DNA of 64,000 nt from Lingula anatina. Lineage: Eukaryota; Animalia; Brachiopoda. The notes below the pieces were generated by a model that made no database searches, was not told the origin of the DNA, and was given only the letters and a program-made list of their open reading frames with translations. Positions 12,801 to 25,787 of the stretch are shown piece after piece (the stretch's first letter is position 1; every line of letters starts with the position of its first letter). Both the position numbers and the translations under genes were made by a program. The stretch spans positions 43,130,788-43,194,787 of the forward strand of contig CM120640.1 in assembly GCA_051362555.1 (NCBI GenBank), in the 5' to 3' direction.

Positions 12801-13575
12801 CTTTCCAGGTTTCCCTTTCAAATACAACATCCCTTCTTCCCTGAAGCTGATCAACTGAAAAGTATCTTATATTGACCTCTTTTTGTTTAGGTCCTTCATC
12901 ACTCCAACTGACAGTCTTTTGTAGGCGTGGCCTGTGCTTATTCTCACTTGTTTTACTGGATGTTGACCTGAGGCAACGTGACTTGGGGGTATCACTATTA
13001 CCTAACATAGTACTTGCATCCCCAGGATCACTTTCTTCATCCTGTACTATGGCCTCAAGACTGTCAAGGTGTCTGTTGCTAATGTCCTCTATAACACTGA
13101 TCTGTTTCGACTCTCCTGGTGAAATGGGCGGGGTTGAGCATTCAACAAGGTCAGGGATAGAGCTATGATGTGACAAATTCATAGGTACTGGGGCATTTTC
13201 CAAAGTCGAACTGAATGGGAGCCCTTCTCCTATGCTTTCTGGATCAGGTACAGAATGATCCGTACATTCTCCTGTTGCCGTAACATCATGCTTACTGTAC
13301 CCTTCACTGTTCTGTCTATGTTGTCTTTCCAGGATTCTGTCCCTTGAAGGAACAATTTTGAAATCAGGTGTGCTTGTCTGATAAGAAAGGACTGGTTGGG
13401 TTAGCACAGATATATCTCTGGGAAAATGCTGCTGAACAGCCCTGAAGAAAAAAGCATTTCTGTGAATTAAACTGTTTATCTCACTGGAGTTGCACACGAC
13501 ACTATCACTATCCAGGTTGCTGTCATCTTTGATATCAGTAGAGTTTTTTTCATATTCTTCACTTGAGGCTGTCAT
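6812..13575 (-). CDS. ~931-aa protein: disordered Ser/acidic N-terminus + TAZ-like zinc finger + C-terminal pseudokinase, 12 coding exons
   Basis: In-phase GT-AG exons 13575-12189, 11847-11630, 11238-11137, 10871-10708, 10151-10058, 9505-9362, 8976-8838, 8550-8416, 8020-7878, 7732-7601, 7362-7279, 6865-6812. Kinase subdomains: MGKFGSAV, WFIKK, YLRQILEAAHFLHQRNIVYLLWTDSNIV, AKLSNFS, APPE, KSDSWGLGC, KCL..R. Confidence 0.85.
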
Positions 13576-13663
13576 GTCTACTGTGAAATAAGCCAGGAAT
13601 GGGAATGGTTGAGCTTGTTCAAATTATTACAGTCTGAAATAACAAAATGAACATTTTTTCTAA

Positions 13664-13665
<2 letters not shown>

Positions 13666-13745
<80 letters not shown>
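13666..13745. repeat. (TA)n microsatellite
   Basis: About 40 uninterrupted TA units. Confidence 0.95.
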
Positions 13746-13750
<5 letters not shown>

Positions 13751-14233
13751 ACCTGTAGAGAAATAATATATAAGCTGTTTGTATGACAGTAAATTAATTT
13801 CACATTAAAGATTGTGAGTGTACTGTCCAGTACCAGTATTTAATTTCATAGTTGAAATTTCAGTAATTACATAATTTCCTGACTCAGATGTGTACAAACT
13901 ATATTTTACCCAATGTCAAAAATCTATTTTGTTGTGTCAGTGATAAGAGTTGAGGGATCAACAATAATTGAAGAATAATGTATTTATAATGCATTGTACA
14001 TGTATACGGAACAATAGTCAAATTTATCTTTAATTAATGCATGTCACCATGCACAGTAGCGTCACCCACAAAACATTTTATTTTCAATGTTACCAACCAC
14101 AGTAACAGCCCTTCCGAGTCGAAAAGAACTTTTGATTTAATGTTGTTATGATTCACGAGTCATGATAAGCCATTGCACAAAACTGCATCCTTGTACAATT
14201 ACTTTTTAAGTTAAACGATACCTTGCCGCTTAC

Positions 14234-14895
14234 CGGGTACGTACTGCTTCCGTTCTGGTCAGTCTTTCACAAACGATTTCCGGACACGTTAAATACGTCA
14301 CTGAAACCCTTGATGGGTAACCCTGTGAACATTACAGCAGTGCATTTTCTGTGCCCCATTTTGTTTTCCAAGAAAACCACCGTATGTGTCATATGTAAAC
14401 ATTGCAAGTAATAGCCTGCATTTTCGAATTTAAAACCATGACAATGCTAAAAATTCACTGTACAATAACTTGAATGCTTCGACGTTATGTCTAATTAGCT
14501 TGAATGATATATGACGTTGGTTTATTGGTTTAATTTAAAGAAAAGTTTGCCACTTTCATTTTCAAATTAGAGCACAACAGGGTCAAGGTCATTACAGTAG
14601 TCTCTAATCGCTGATGATTTATATTCATTTATCATTATTTTAAGTCATATATTTTTAGCTATCCACTTCAACATGAATGCAAATATAAATTATGATGTTC
14701 ATGATTCAGCTAAACTTTTCGAGCAGTTTTTACAATTATAACTACGTTTTTCTTGTAAGCCATTCATGGGCTATGTAAAGGTCAGTATGTAGGTCACGCC
14801 TAGCCAATCAGATTCAAACGAGCGACATTTTGATTTTTCTCATGGAGTTGGTAGTGTTTACTTTACAAGGATAAAATCGTGGTGATTCTTTAGAG
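14234..14895. promoter_or_regulatory. Probable bidirectional promoter region between the pseudokinase (-) and TTK (+), with CCAAT and CHR-like motifs
   Basis: Minus-strand donor ccg|GTAAGC at 14234 and plus-strand donor gag|GTAAT at 14895 suggest divergent non-coding first exons. CCAAT at 14804-14808 is followed by TTCAAA (reverse CHR TTTGAA) at 14813-14818; ATTGG at 14524-14528. Confidence 0.55.
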
Positions 14896-15663
14896 GTAAT
14901 GTTATATGCATGATGGTATGGAATATATTTCAAAGACTGTTTTGCCCGTCGACAAAATTTCTCAATTAACGCGTGTCTATACTCTTATAACTAGATTGTT
15001 GTCATCGACTTGCAGTAAGTTGCACTCAAGTCTTAACAAGGTTCCGACTTGCTGCTCGTGTAATTTAAGTTTTCTTACCTAAGAACAAGTGTTAAACGCT
15101 TTTTTATATTCAGCATTATACCGTACTCATACATAAAACCTCAAAAAAGTGGTCAATGTTCTGCTGTCACCTTCTTCGATTGAAAACTTTTAAATTGAAA
15201 TCTTTATCCTTTCATAATGACAGCCTCTCTTTATGACACAAGAAGAAGTTTGTAAAGAACTGATATAAATCCTGTGCAGCAGATTTTAAAAAATCAAATA
15301 GTGATAGCAAAAAAAAAAAAAAATTAATAAAATACTATCAAGGGAATGAGCCTCAGTCGCCTATTTTGTGTGTGTAATGCCACTCTGTTGGATTTTTCAT
15401 GTCTACATTAGGCAAAGAGTATCTATAACTTCCAGCCATTATGGTTTTCTTCCTTACATTATTTTAACCAAGATAGCATGGTAGATACTAGGTGTACTGT
15501 TTGGATTACAGTAAGTACCATCATTATTTCTATTCTATTTTGAGTTATTGAAGAGTTCACAATTACCTGTTTTTGCTTCTTGCCTGCTTTTTTCTACCCA
15601 TATAACCCTGCTGACACTTAAAACTTGGGTCATTGTATTTTATACTTTATTTTCAGTATCAAA

Positions 15664-18600
15664 ATGTCTAGCCTTCAGGCATTGAAGAGCCGTTTGCAGA
15701 AGGTGGAGGAAATAAAAAAAGAAAACACACAAGAAGTAACAGGTTGGTATATCTCTCTAACTTTTTTTGTGAATTTTTGTACGGTCAAACATTTTTATGA
15801 CATACAGCAGTAATAAATAATAATGCTGTTTTTTTACGCACCAGATCACAGCACCTGGATAAAGAAGATAGATGATCTTGGCAATAAACCTGATGACTGG
15901 TTGCAGTACACCAGATTTGTCAAAGGACAGGTCCAGTTTACAGATGAAGAGAGGAGACACTCTTATTTGTGCAGTGTATATGAGAAGGCAATGAAGGTAC
16001 ATATACACCATTCAACTGCTGGGTTAATGGTCAAGCTGAAATGTCCATTGCTGTTGAAGACAGTTCTAGTTTATGTTGCCAGGGATATCTGGACAATAGC
16101 AGTAGCAACGGTTACTTTCTGTCAGTATATTAGAATGTATTCATATACATGTTAGCTGAAGTTGATACTTCAACTTGCCTCCTTAACCCATACTTCTGCT
16201 AGAATTTAAAAAGTTGGGGAAAATTATTAATTACATTTCTTTGATTTTTCAGGCCATAGCTTTTGACAGCAATAAAAAGAATACATCATATGCTCAGCTG
16301 CTTATTGATTATGCAAATCTCAAGGCGTATGTATTCCCATGCCTTTTTTAAACCAATATTCCTGTCTTGGACACATAAATTAAATAAGATCAGTTTCATG
16401 GTGCTGATTAAGTTAAAGACATTGGTTACATTCAGTAGTTCTTTGCAAAAAGAAAGGAATCAGTAGGTTATGTCCCATTGATCATCATTAAAATGATGTT
16501 AGAGTTGGTTGATATGGGAATATGACTAGTGTATAGTTGCATAACATTTCAGTGAATATGACACAGATGAAGCAGAGGCCATGTTCAACCATGCTAGGTA
16601 CAACTTAAAAGGCATCTCTATAGTGCACATAGCAGCTGCACAGTTTCATCTCAATCAAGGTATGTATATGTACATATTGTCCTTCTTTAAAACTTTAAAA
16701 CTGTATTGTCACTGTTATCATCAAAGATATTGTTAAATCTTATCTTCTGAACCTAGATATTTCAGTGATCAATTTTAATTATGAATTGGAGCAGTAATTG
16801 GGGGGAAAGCATCTATTTTTGGACAGACGCAGCACAAAGAATATTGTATTTCACTGTAAGAGTCGGGTCCTGATTTTGACATGCTTGCATTGTTTCTTGT
16901 ATATAGGCAATCCCCAGAAGTGCAAAAAGATCATCGAAAAGGCTAAAGATGTTGGTGCCCAGCCCACAGAGCTCCTGAACATAGCTTTCAAGAACTTCAC
17001 CTATGATAAACGTGTTTTGTTGTCGGAGCAGGACATAGAGGAAGCATTAGGTGTGTGTTTTAATGAATTACTTAAAGTGCCCAATTACCAACTCACTTAA
17101 AACGTGTGTGTAAATTCTTATATCCAGACACTTAAAATTAGACACTCCAAGTGTAATAATGTTAGCAAATCTTTACTAGTATCAAGCTGGCATTAATTGG
17201 ATCTTTATGATAAAAGGAAACGATGAAGAAATTTACATTTTAAATGAAAATAGTGATTTGCACCTTCCCCCTCCCAAGTAAAAAACACTTTAAAATGCCC
17301 ATTCTTTTTACACAATGTTGATACAGTATACATTTTTTTCATGGTCAGGCTATGTTCTTGTGTCAGATAAACTGAGAGGTAACTGTTCAGATTTTTCACC
17401 TGAGCAGATTTTTGTCTTTGCACGCTTACCTGCTTGGCAAGGGCACATACTAAATGGATGATTTTTTTTTTTTTTTTTTAACGGAAGTAGGATGGGGATA
17501 CACACTGTCAAGATGTACTTTGGCATTGTGTTTTAGATTTAGTCAGGGAACAAGCTTTTTATATTTTACCTATAGTTTGGAATAGAAAACCATTTCTTAA
17601 CAGTCTGGCTGGCTACATCAATGTATATTTGCAAAAAGAAATTTTAGTCAAGTAGCATGTACATTGCATGTAACCAGGCAGACGGTAATAATATTCACCT
17701 ACTTGCTTGTCTACCATTTATACTATGTAATGCTTTTACCCTTGATATATTTTATAATCTATTTAACATTATTATGCCTAATGGAAAAGAACAGGCTGTT
17801 TTCCTGTGCTTCATTACATAGTCCAGTCAAAATGCTGCATTGTTGTTCATGAGAGTATGTTAGATTTTATACACAAAGAATTTATCTGAAGGATCTAAAG
17901 GTATATGATTGTGGAATAATGAAATTTCATGCAACAAGTGATAAGATAAGAATACCAACATGGTTATACAATGAAACTTTTAAGTAGATGTTACAGTTGT
18001 GTAATGTGCATGTTAGGACTTGTGTACTAGTATGTGATTATTACTATAATTTATCAAGTACCATTGCCATAATTATGCTTCATAATTTTTTATTGATAAC
18101 CAACAAGATCTACTGAATTCTTTTCAGATCCTAAGTCGAGGCAGGACAAGGAGAATCAGAAACCTGTCGAATTGCTCCCTGCCAGGAAGTCTTGGCTGAG
18201 CAGTTCAGATGTTCAGAAGCCTAAAGGACACCAGTTACCTGCAAGGCATGCTAGTGGTGGTGGACAGACCCCAGTCACCAGTGCCTCAACCGAGTCTCAA
18301 AGTCAGCAGCAAAGAGATGTGGTTGCTTCTGGTTCTGCATCAAGGCAGCAGAGGCCCACCAGCATAGGTCAAGTATCCAGTAGTACTGCAGCTGACCCTG
18401 CAACACCAGAAGAACAAGAAAGAATTACCACTAAACCCCCTTCAGGAAATAACAGGTGCTTTTCAGTGTTTAGGCAGTCTTTTCTGGTGGTTGTGTTTCA
18501 AGTGAAAAAAGTAATTGTGGATAGTGTGTTTGTATGTAAAGCTGCTGCTCTAAGCACCTGATTGAAGTGAATTTGTTTTCCTACAGTAAATATAGCTAGT

Positions 18601-21600
18601 TCACATTTTTGTAATGCAGCAACATTTTTTAATCGGAAAGACTCATATTGTGTTGCTTTTTGTATTATCACAAAAGCCTATACGAAAGTGGGAAGTCTAA
18701 ATTTTGAGGAAGTCGTGTGCAACAACCTAAATGGTGCATTATGTTTCCAGGAAACTTGGTGGTCAGCCCTCTAGCTCCACACCAGATGCCCCTCATCCAC
18801 CAGGAGAACTGTCCATGGCAGACTGTATGCTAACACTGAACCCTCTTGTACTGGTGGATAACACGGTCAGTTTCAGAAAACCTGGATCTATAAGGTAATG
18901 ACAATAAACACATAGTTTTTAGACCTAAATATCTTCTAGTGTTTGAGTTTTAAAAAGGCATCATAAAGATTGGGATTTTGAACTGATATTTCAGACATAT
19001 TTTTAGACCATTTGATTGATTGATATGCTCCTTGTGTTCACAGGACTAGAAACTGCAGCAGCAACAGCTCTGAGGACTCTGACACTATCCCAATGATTTT
19101 TGAGACCTCTAAAACTACAACCAGGCCCCAACACAATAGCACAGCCAATGCAGCACCCCACAGTGTGACCAAGCCTTCATTGCGCTCTAGCACATCTGTC
19201 ACATCTGCCACACTCAGTGCTATCAAGCCTTCACTCAGGGCTTATAACAGTACTCCAGATTGCAAGTCTGCTGGACCAACCAGTTTTGGGTCCTCAGTTA
19301 GGAGAAGGTAATATGATGGAATATACAGAAAAGATACTTCCATTTCTTGTAAATTTATTATTTTGTGAAAGTTGTTGTTTAAAGGGATAATAACTTTGTA
19401 TCAGCCAAAAAATGAATTTTCCTGGAGTAAACAACAATTTTCCCATACTTACTAATGGTTAATGAATTCATTTTTACATTCAAAGTTAGTCCCTGTTTTT
19501 TATTTCTAAAAAGTTTGGTTTTTGTTAAAATCTTTTAAGAGATTTTAACAGAGAATAGCCATCAATGGAGGTCACGTGGTCTAAAGACAAGCTCAGATAT
19601 CAGAATAATAGCTATAACTGCTGTTTTTGTGGTAAAACAGAATATATTATATTTCTATGAGTTATTCACAATGTTTTTATTGTGAAATATAGATCTCATA
19701 CGAAGAGTTATTATCCCTTTAACCTATTATAATGTTGCAACAAGTTCATTGTTATTGTTTGAGACACATTGCTGCAACTTGCATTTGGTAGGATTAATGT
19801 TTTTAAAAAAGAGCATTAGCTTTTTATTTATATTTTTGATGTGTGTTATTGAACAGATAAATTTGAAGAGTACAGTTTTATCAAGTACATTTTCTAGCAG
19901 GGCTAAAAGTATAAGAAGCTGCAACAGAAAAATTTCATGGTCAGTTCAAGTGCAAGTTACTACTGATAAATGTCCCATCATTGCATGAAGGTTATCTTTT
20001 GTATATGTATAATGTGCTACTAATACTGTAACCAATATTTGCAGGCCAGAGTTTGGGCTGCCAATGAGAGTTAAGAGAACATCTCTGCCACAGTTGAAGG
20101 AAGCAAGGAAGGGATTGGACGAGGATGACGAAGAAGAAGAAGAGGAGGATAATGGAGATATTGACAGCAGCCTTACTGGAATCAAACCTCTTAATTTACA
20201 GCATATGAATGGTTGGTTAACTTAGTTTGATTATTTTCCTTATTGTGGGTAATTGTTTCTGTTGTGGAAGAAGTGTTTAAAGATTTTAGGAAGTAAGATA
20301 GATGAGAAGGGACCGTTTTCCATAGCAGTTTGGCAGATGTGGCAGTTTTAATTCAAGTCTGGGGTATCTCCAGCACTTACACTATTGATATGCTAAATGT
20401 TCCCTAATGGCTTTCCTCCATTTAATGCAAATTAGTCCTATGTTGGTGTTTCATTGATAAACTTGTGACATGTCTTGTGGCAGGTTTGCTTGGCTCACAG
20501 TCTGCTTTGACAATTTGTTGGTCTGTTATTTTTCCCCTGTTGCAATAAAATTATATTATTTTAAAGATGAACTTCTCTGTTTTTATCCCATAGGTTCTAT
20601 GAGTAAAGGGCAGGACACTGCTGACAGTGGCGTGTTTGAACAGTGCTCTACAGAACCCATGGAAGTCAATCACATGGAACATAATAGCACAGAGCCCATG
20701 GAAATAGACAGCCCTGTGGCTAAGAAACCACTTAGGAGTTCTGTGGAAATGCAGAAAAATAATACATTATCTTGTGCTAGCAAAACTGGGCCCAAGAAAA
20801 ATGACTCCCAAGCTAATAGGTTACCCCAGAACTCTAATCCACATGGCTATCTTGAGCCCAGGTCAGCTAGAAAAGCTCAACTACAATCTTGCATTCAGGA
20901 CCAACTGCCAATACAGACAGTTCCTGCACCCTTTCCTTTGGTGCAAACACCCTCTCAGCATGGTGTTGGGTAAGTTTGGGCACGTTTTAATCTACCCAAA
21001 TTGAGCCCAAAGTTGACACTTTATAAAGCAAGGTTGCCACTAGGTTTTGCACTTTGGGTTCAGTTTAGGAAGGAATGAAGGGCTGAAAGAATTTAAGGTT
21101 GTTACTCTTTTATCTTGTTAGAAAAATTGTTAATTTTCTTGAAAGTTGGTAAGGTAACCCTCTAATGGCAAACCTAGTGATAGATATTTTTCTCTCACTG
21201 TTTTATGGAAACTTGAAATCTAAATACATGATAATCTGAAATGTGTTGCTATTTGGTGCTGCTATATGTTTTGAAATACATTTGAAATATTGATATCGCC
21301 TTCTCTGTAAGAATGATGCACTATTTCACTTTGAAGAGAAGACCCGTTATTTTAAATTTTGATTGTCTTTTAGATATGTTATGTCCACACCATCTGCCAA
21401 TAGTCATCAGTTCCTTCCACAACAGCAACAACTGTACAGTAACCCATCGTCTTACCCTCACCAGCCTGGTGCTGGCCTGGCTGCCTGTACCCCTGTGGTG
21501 GTAAGTGTTTCATGTGCTATGTTTCTCTTGATAACAAGATATAAGATTATTCATGATCTCAAAGAAAAAATAAGGTGTAAAACAGCTACATTTTGCTCTT

Positions 21601-22476
21601 GTCACAAGATATTCATCAGGCTGAATGCCCACAGGTCTTGTCAGCTCGTGTGCTGCCAGTGCAAATTGTTCATCTTTTTTGCTTGTAAACTGCTCAGTAT
21701 TTTTTAATGCTTTTTATGCTTACAGAAACCCTCAGATATCTTGACAGTGAATGGCCAAGTTTATTCCATACTGAAAGTGGTTGGGAGAGGGGGATCAAGC
21801 AAGGTAAGGTTTACTGTATATAATATTGGAAATCATTGGTAAAGGGAGTCCAGTAAGGTACAAAAGCAGGAAGTGTCCTTGAGGCATTTGAAATAATAAT
21901 GTCTTTTTACATATTCCAAAAACAAATGCACATTGTAATCCAGTAAATAAATGCACAGATGGGAATTTTTTATATGTGGTGAAAAATTGTTAATGGTAAA
22001 AAAAAAGACCTACTATTCTTGAATAGGGATGTTTATTAAAGTATTTGTTTCTTATTATAACAGTTTGTTATTACTTTAGGTGTATAAGGTTATCAACAAC
22101 AACAAGGACATCTTGGCAGTGAAGTCTGTGAACTTGGAGGGTGCTGATGACATGACACTGGAAGGCTACAAGAATGAGATTACATTACTGAAAAGGCTGC
22201 AATACAGTGATAAAGTTATCAAGATGTTTGATTTGTAAGTTAATTGATTTTCTCATTGTTGATTCAGTTGCAAAAGGGGGTACCAGGGAGATAAAAGCAC
22301 TAAAGTATAATTTAGAAATGGAGGTTTGATGGCAGGTATGAAATAATAATTGGTTAGGCCAGTTTTGTGATGATTTATTTGCAACTTTACAGCATTTATT
22401 GATAGAATACTTTTTTGTCAAAAAGTGTGGCTATTATTATTATTATTTTTTTATTTTTTTATTTATTTATTTTTTT

Positions 22477-22507
<31 letters not shown>

Positions 22508-24939
22508 TTGTGTAATTCTTTAGTCAGGTCATGTTTAATAAATAAAACATTTAGGTAGATAGCATTTTTCTTTCTGTGTTTATATACCTTTACAATAGTG
22601 GAAGTCCAATATCACTTCTTGTCTTACTTTGTAGTGAGTACAACAAGGCGGAGAACCTGCTGTATGTGGTCATGGAGTGTGGAGACACAGACCTGGCCAC
22701 CCTGCTGAGGACCCGCAGTAAACAAGGGGGCATCACCACTGCACTCAGGAAGTTCTACTGGGAGGAGATGCTGCAGGCAGTCAAAGTACTGCACCAGGAA
22801 GGTAGGTCTTGTGATATAAAGAGATCAGCTTAGTTATTAGTTATATTATATGTATTATATTTCAGTAAATAATAGTTGGTATTGACATTTCAAGACTGCT
22901 TGCTCTATCGAGCCAACTCAGGTTGAAGCGGTGTTCATTTTCTTTTGTATTCATTCTCATAGACTGTCTTGAGGTGCTATTGTATTTCTTTGATACTATT
23001 TTCCACAGTCTTATTAGCTGAATAAATATAATTCCATTTTTATTATCTTTTCAGACATCATTCACTCTGACCTAAAGCCAGCTAATTTTCTGCTGGTAGA
23101 GGGCAACTTGAAGCTTATTGACTTTGGTATTGCCAATGCCATCCAACAGGATAAGACCAGTGTTATTCGGGAGTCACAAATAGGGACACTGAACTTTATG
23201 AGTCCAGAGGCCATCTTAGACACCTGTGGTGGAACACAAGTAGATGAAAATGGCAAAATTAAGCAGAGGATTAAAGTAAGTGGATATTTGTTATGTGAAC
23301 CACCAGGTATATCAGATTTTTAAAGTTATGGTATGTGAGTGAAAGGATTACAGTTAGAAAAGTTTGAAAGAGGATAGAAACATGAGTAGCCGTTCATATA
23401 TTCATTAACCAGAAGATCAGTGTACATGTGCACAACAAAGTTTTATCAAACTGTTGTCAAAGGGATTATTACAGAATCTTAGAAAAAATAACTAAGCCAT
23501 CCAATTTTATGTTGTGGACTACATGTAGTTTATAATTTTGTAGTATATACTTTGGCACAATAAATGTTTTTTAAGATTGGGTTTAAAGAATTGCCTGCAA
23601 TTTCTTCATTATTTTACAAAACTGACTTTTGGTTCCAGATCGGAGTAAAAAGTGATGTGTGGTCACTAGGCTGCATACTGTACAACATGACATACAGCCG
23701 CACTCCATTCCAACATGTCACCAACCAGTTTGCCAAACTTCAGGCTATAGTTAATCCCAAAGTGGAGATCCAGTTCCCTGAAGTAGAAGACGCACTTTTG
23801 ATGGATGTTTTAAAGGTTTTTCTCTTTGTGTATATTCTTGTATATTTTTTCTTCCATTTTATTCATTGACAGATGGAAATCGGCTGTTGGTGCGAGGTCA
23901 TATTTTTTACTCATCAAAATTTGTATGTAATATTGTCTAACAGCAACATTTGAACCTACTTTTCCTCCATGTTATCTTGCATATTATATAAATTACAAAA
24001 GTCTTACCAGTTCAAGAATAAAATCTACTAGCACTACCTAACAAATTAATTATTTCAACAGCTCCCATATAAATTTCTCTCTTGCTTTAAATTTTATGCT
24101 TTACATTTGCTACATTCCAGAAATGTCTAATCCGTGACCCCAAAGATCGTCCTTCAATTGAGGATCTGCTGGCTCATCCTTATCTTAGAAAAGTTGAAGA
24201 AAATACTGTGCCAAGTTCTTGTAGGTTTTTTATATACAATTATCCACAGTACACAGCACATTAATTTTTTAAATGATGGATAAAAATTATGATATTGTGT
24301 GTAATATGTCAAACTATTTAATAAACTTATATTATGGTATTACACATTTCAAGTATGTCAACTCTCTTAACACATTCCAAATATTTCTATTTTTCAGGTT
24401 CACATACTGAGGAAAGTCTACAAAGGGTAATACTTCAGCTATCTCAGGCCAATGTCAACTCTCCTAGGAGTCTTAGTGCAATATCAAAGGTATAACTCTT
24501 ATGGTGGATCAACATAATCTTTGAGGCCTGGTAATAAAAATTATGAATTTTTTTGATGAACTCTAGCACTTAAGAAATTCTTGATCTATATTAACAATTT
24601 ATTTAAAAGAACTTTTTGTTATGTTGGTTCTGAATTTATTTGATTGTTTTTAAATTAATTTATATTCTAACTCAAGGGTCTTCTGGCGCAACTGCAGTCA
24701 GGGAAAGAACTGGATGTGAGCAGTTTGGTAAAGAAAAGGGTGAGAACAGTTTGTAAACACTTTCATCAGTAATGCTAATGTATACATCCCTGATTATTCC
24801 AAGCTGTAAACCAAATTGCAGATAACAGGACTTGCCATTTCTCCATGTTGTCGTTTTTTTTTTTCATGGTGTGCACATATTTCTCTTCTAGGCTCCACCA
24901 CCAGTATGCCCACCAGAGCTTCACCCAGGTAGCAGGTGA
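15664..24939 (+). CDS. TTK: Dual-specificity spindle-checkpoint kinase TTK/Mps1, ~20 coding exons
   Basis: N-terminal TPR-like region ([10 protein letters not shown]...VHIAAAQF...[10 protein letters not shown]), disordered middle, and a kinase domain with Mps1-diagnostic motifs [82 protein letters not shown]. Last exons and stop (TGA 24937-24939) are less certain. Confidence 0.95.
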
Positions 24940-25565
24940 CCAGACCTGTGGACATGCTGAGACAGTTAATGACCCTACCACTACTTGTATGTACAGAAAC
25001 AGTATCAAGTTTCTCCTGTCTCCAGATCCAGACCCTTGTATGCACAGAGAATAGTGACCAAAAGACAAGACTGTCTGACAAAAACATGGAAGAATTGATG
25101 CTTATGAAACTGCTTATGAAAAGGATTCAGTGCAAATAAATGAAATATCAGGTACATTATCATCACCTGGAAAGATGATATAACCAAACACTGATTGGAA
25201 CATTCCTGTGGAAATGTGAAGGTACTAGTGAGGTTTGTTCCTGTCACTTATACACAGGAGTGACTGAAGTGGCCATGTCACAATAATATTGTTTCAGTTT
25301 TCTGCATTTTTTACCCTTGGCCTTTCCCAAAAATATTTATCAGCAGAAGTGTTAATGTATGCCCATATATTTTTTAGAGAAAAGTAACATTAGGCATGTT
25401 ATGGTTCTTATACTTTAAAGTAGTGCACTTTTTGGTTTGATGATCCATTGTTTAAAACTTACCATATAGTCAATTAGTCTGTAAATTAAAAAAAAAATAA
25501 CACAAAATCTAAATATTCAAAATTGGCTGTTAAGCATAAGTTTGCATTTGTTCAACAGCTTATAA

Positions 25566-25787
25566 AACCCCCTTTACACTGGACGGCGTCCTTTTTGCGT
25601 CCTTTGTGCAACCATGAAACTGGGATTGTGGTTGTAGAAAGGAGCCACAAGCATCACTTTGGTTGCAGAATGAATGCTCAATGATCGCCCAGTTGTCAGC
25701 ACTTGAAGATTTTTTTTTTCTTTTTTACTCTCAAACGGGGCCGTACTTCAGGATGCAGAAAGGACACCGTCTATTGTATAGGGGGCT
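25566..25787. mobile_element. ~222-bp Tourist/Harbinger-like MITE
   Basis: ~38-bp imperfect TIRs (aaccccctttacactggacggcgtcctttttgcgtcct / aggatgcagaaaggacaccgtctattgtatagggggct) flanked by TAA at 25563-25565 and 25788-25790. Confidence 0.75.

Noticed and set aside
12558-13168. Alternative-frame and antisense ORFs over the large pseudokinase exon
   Set aside because: Shadows of a coding exon; no independent signals.
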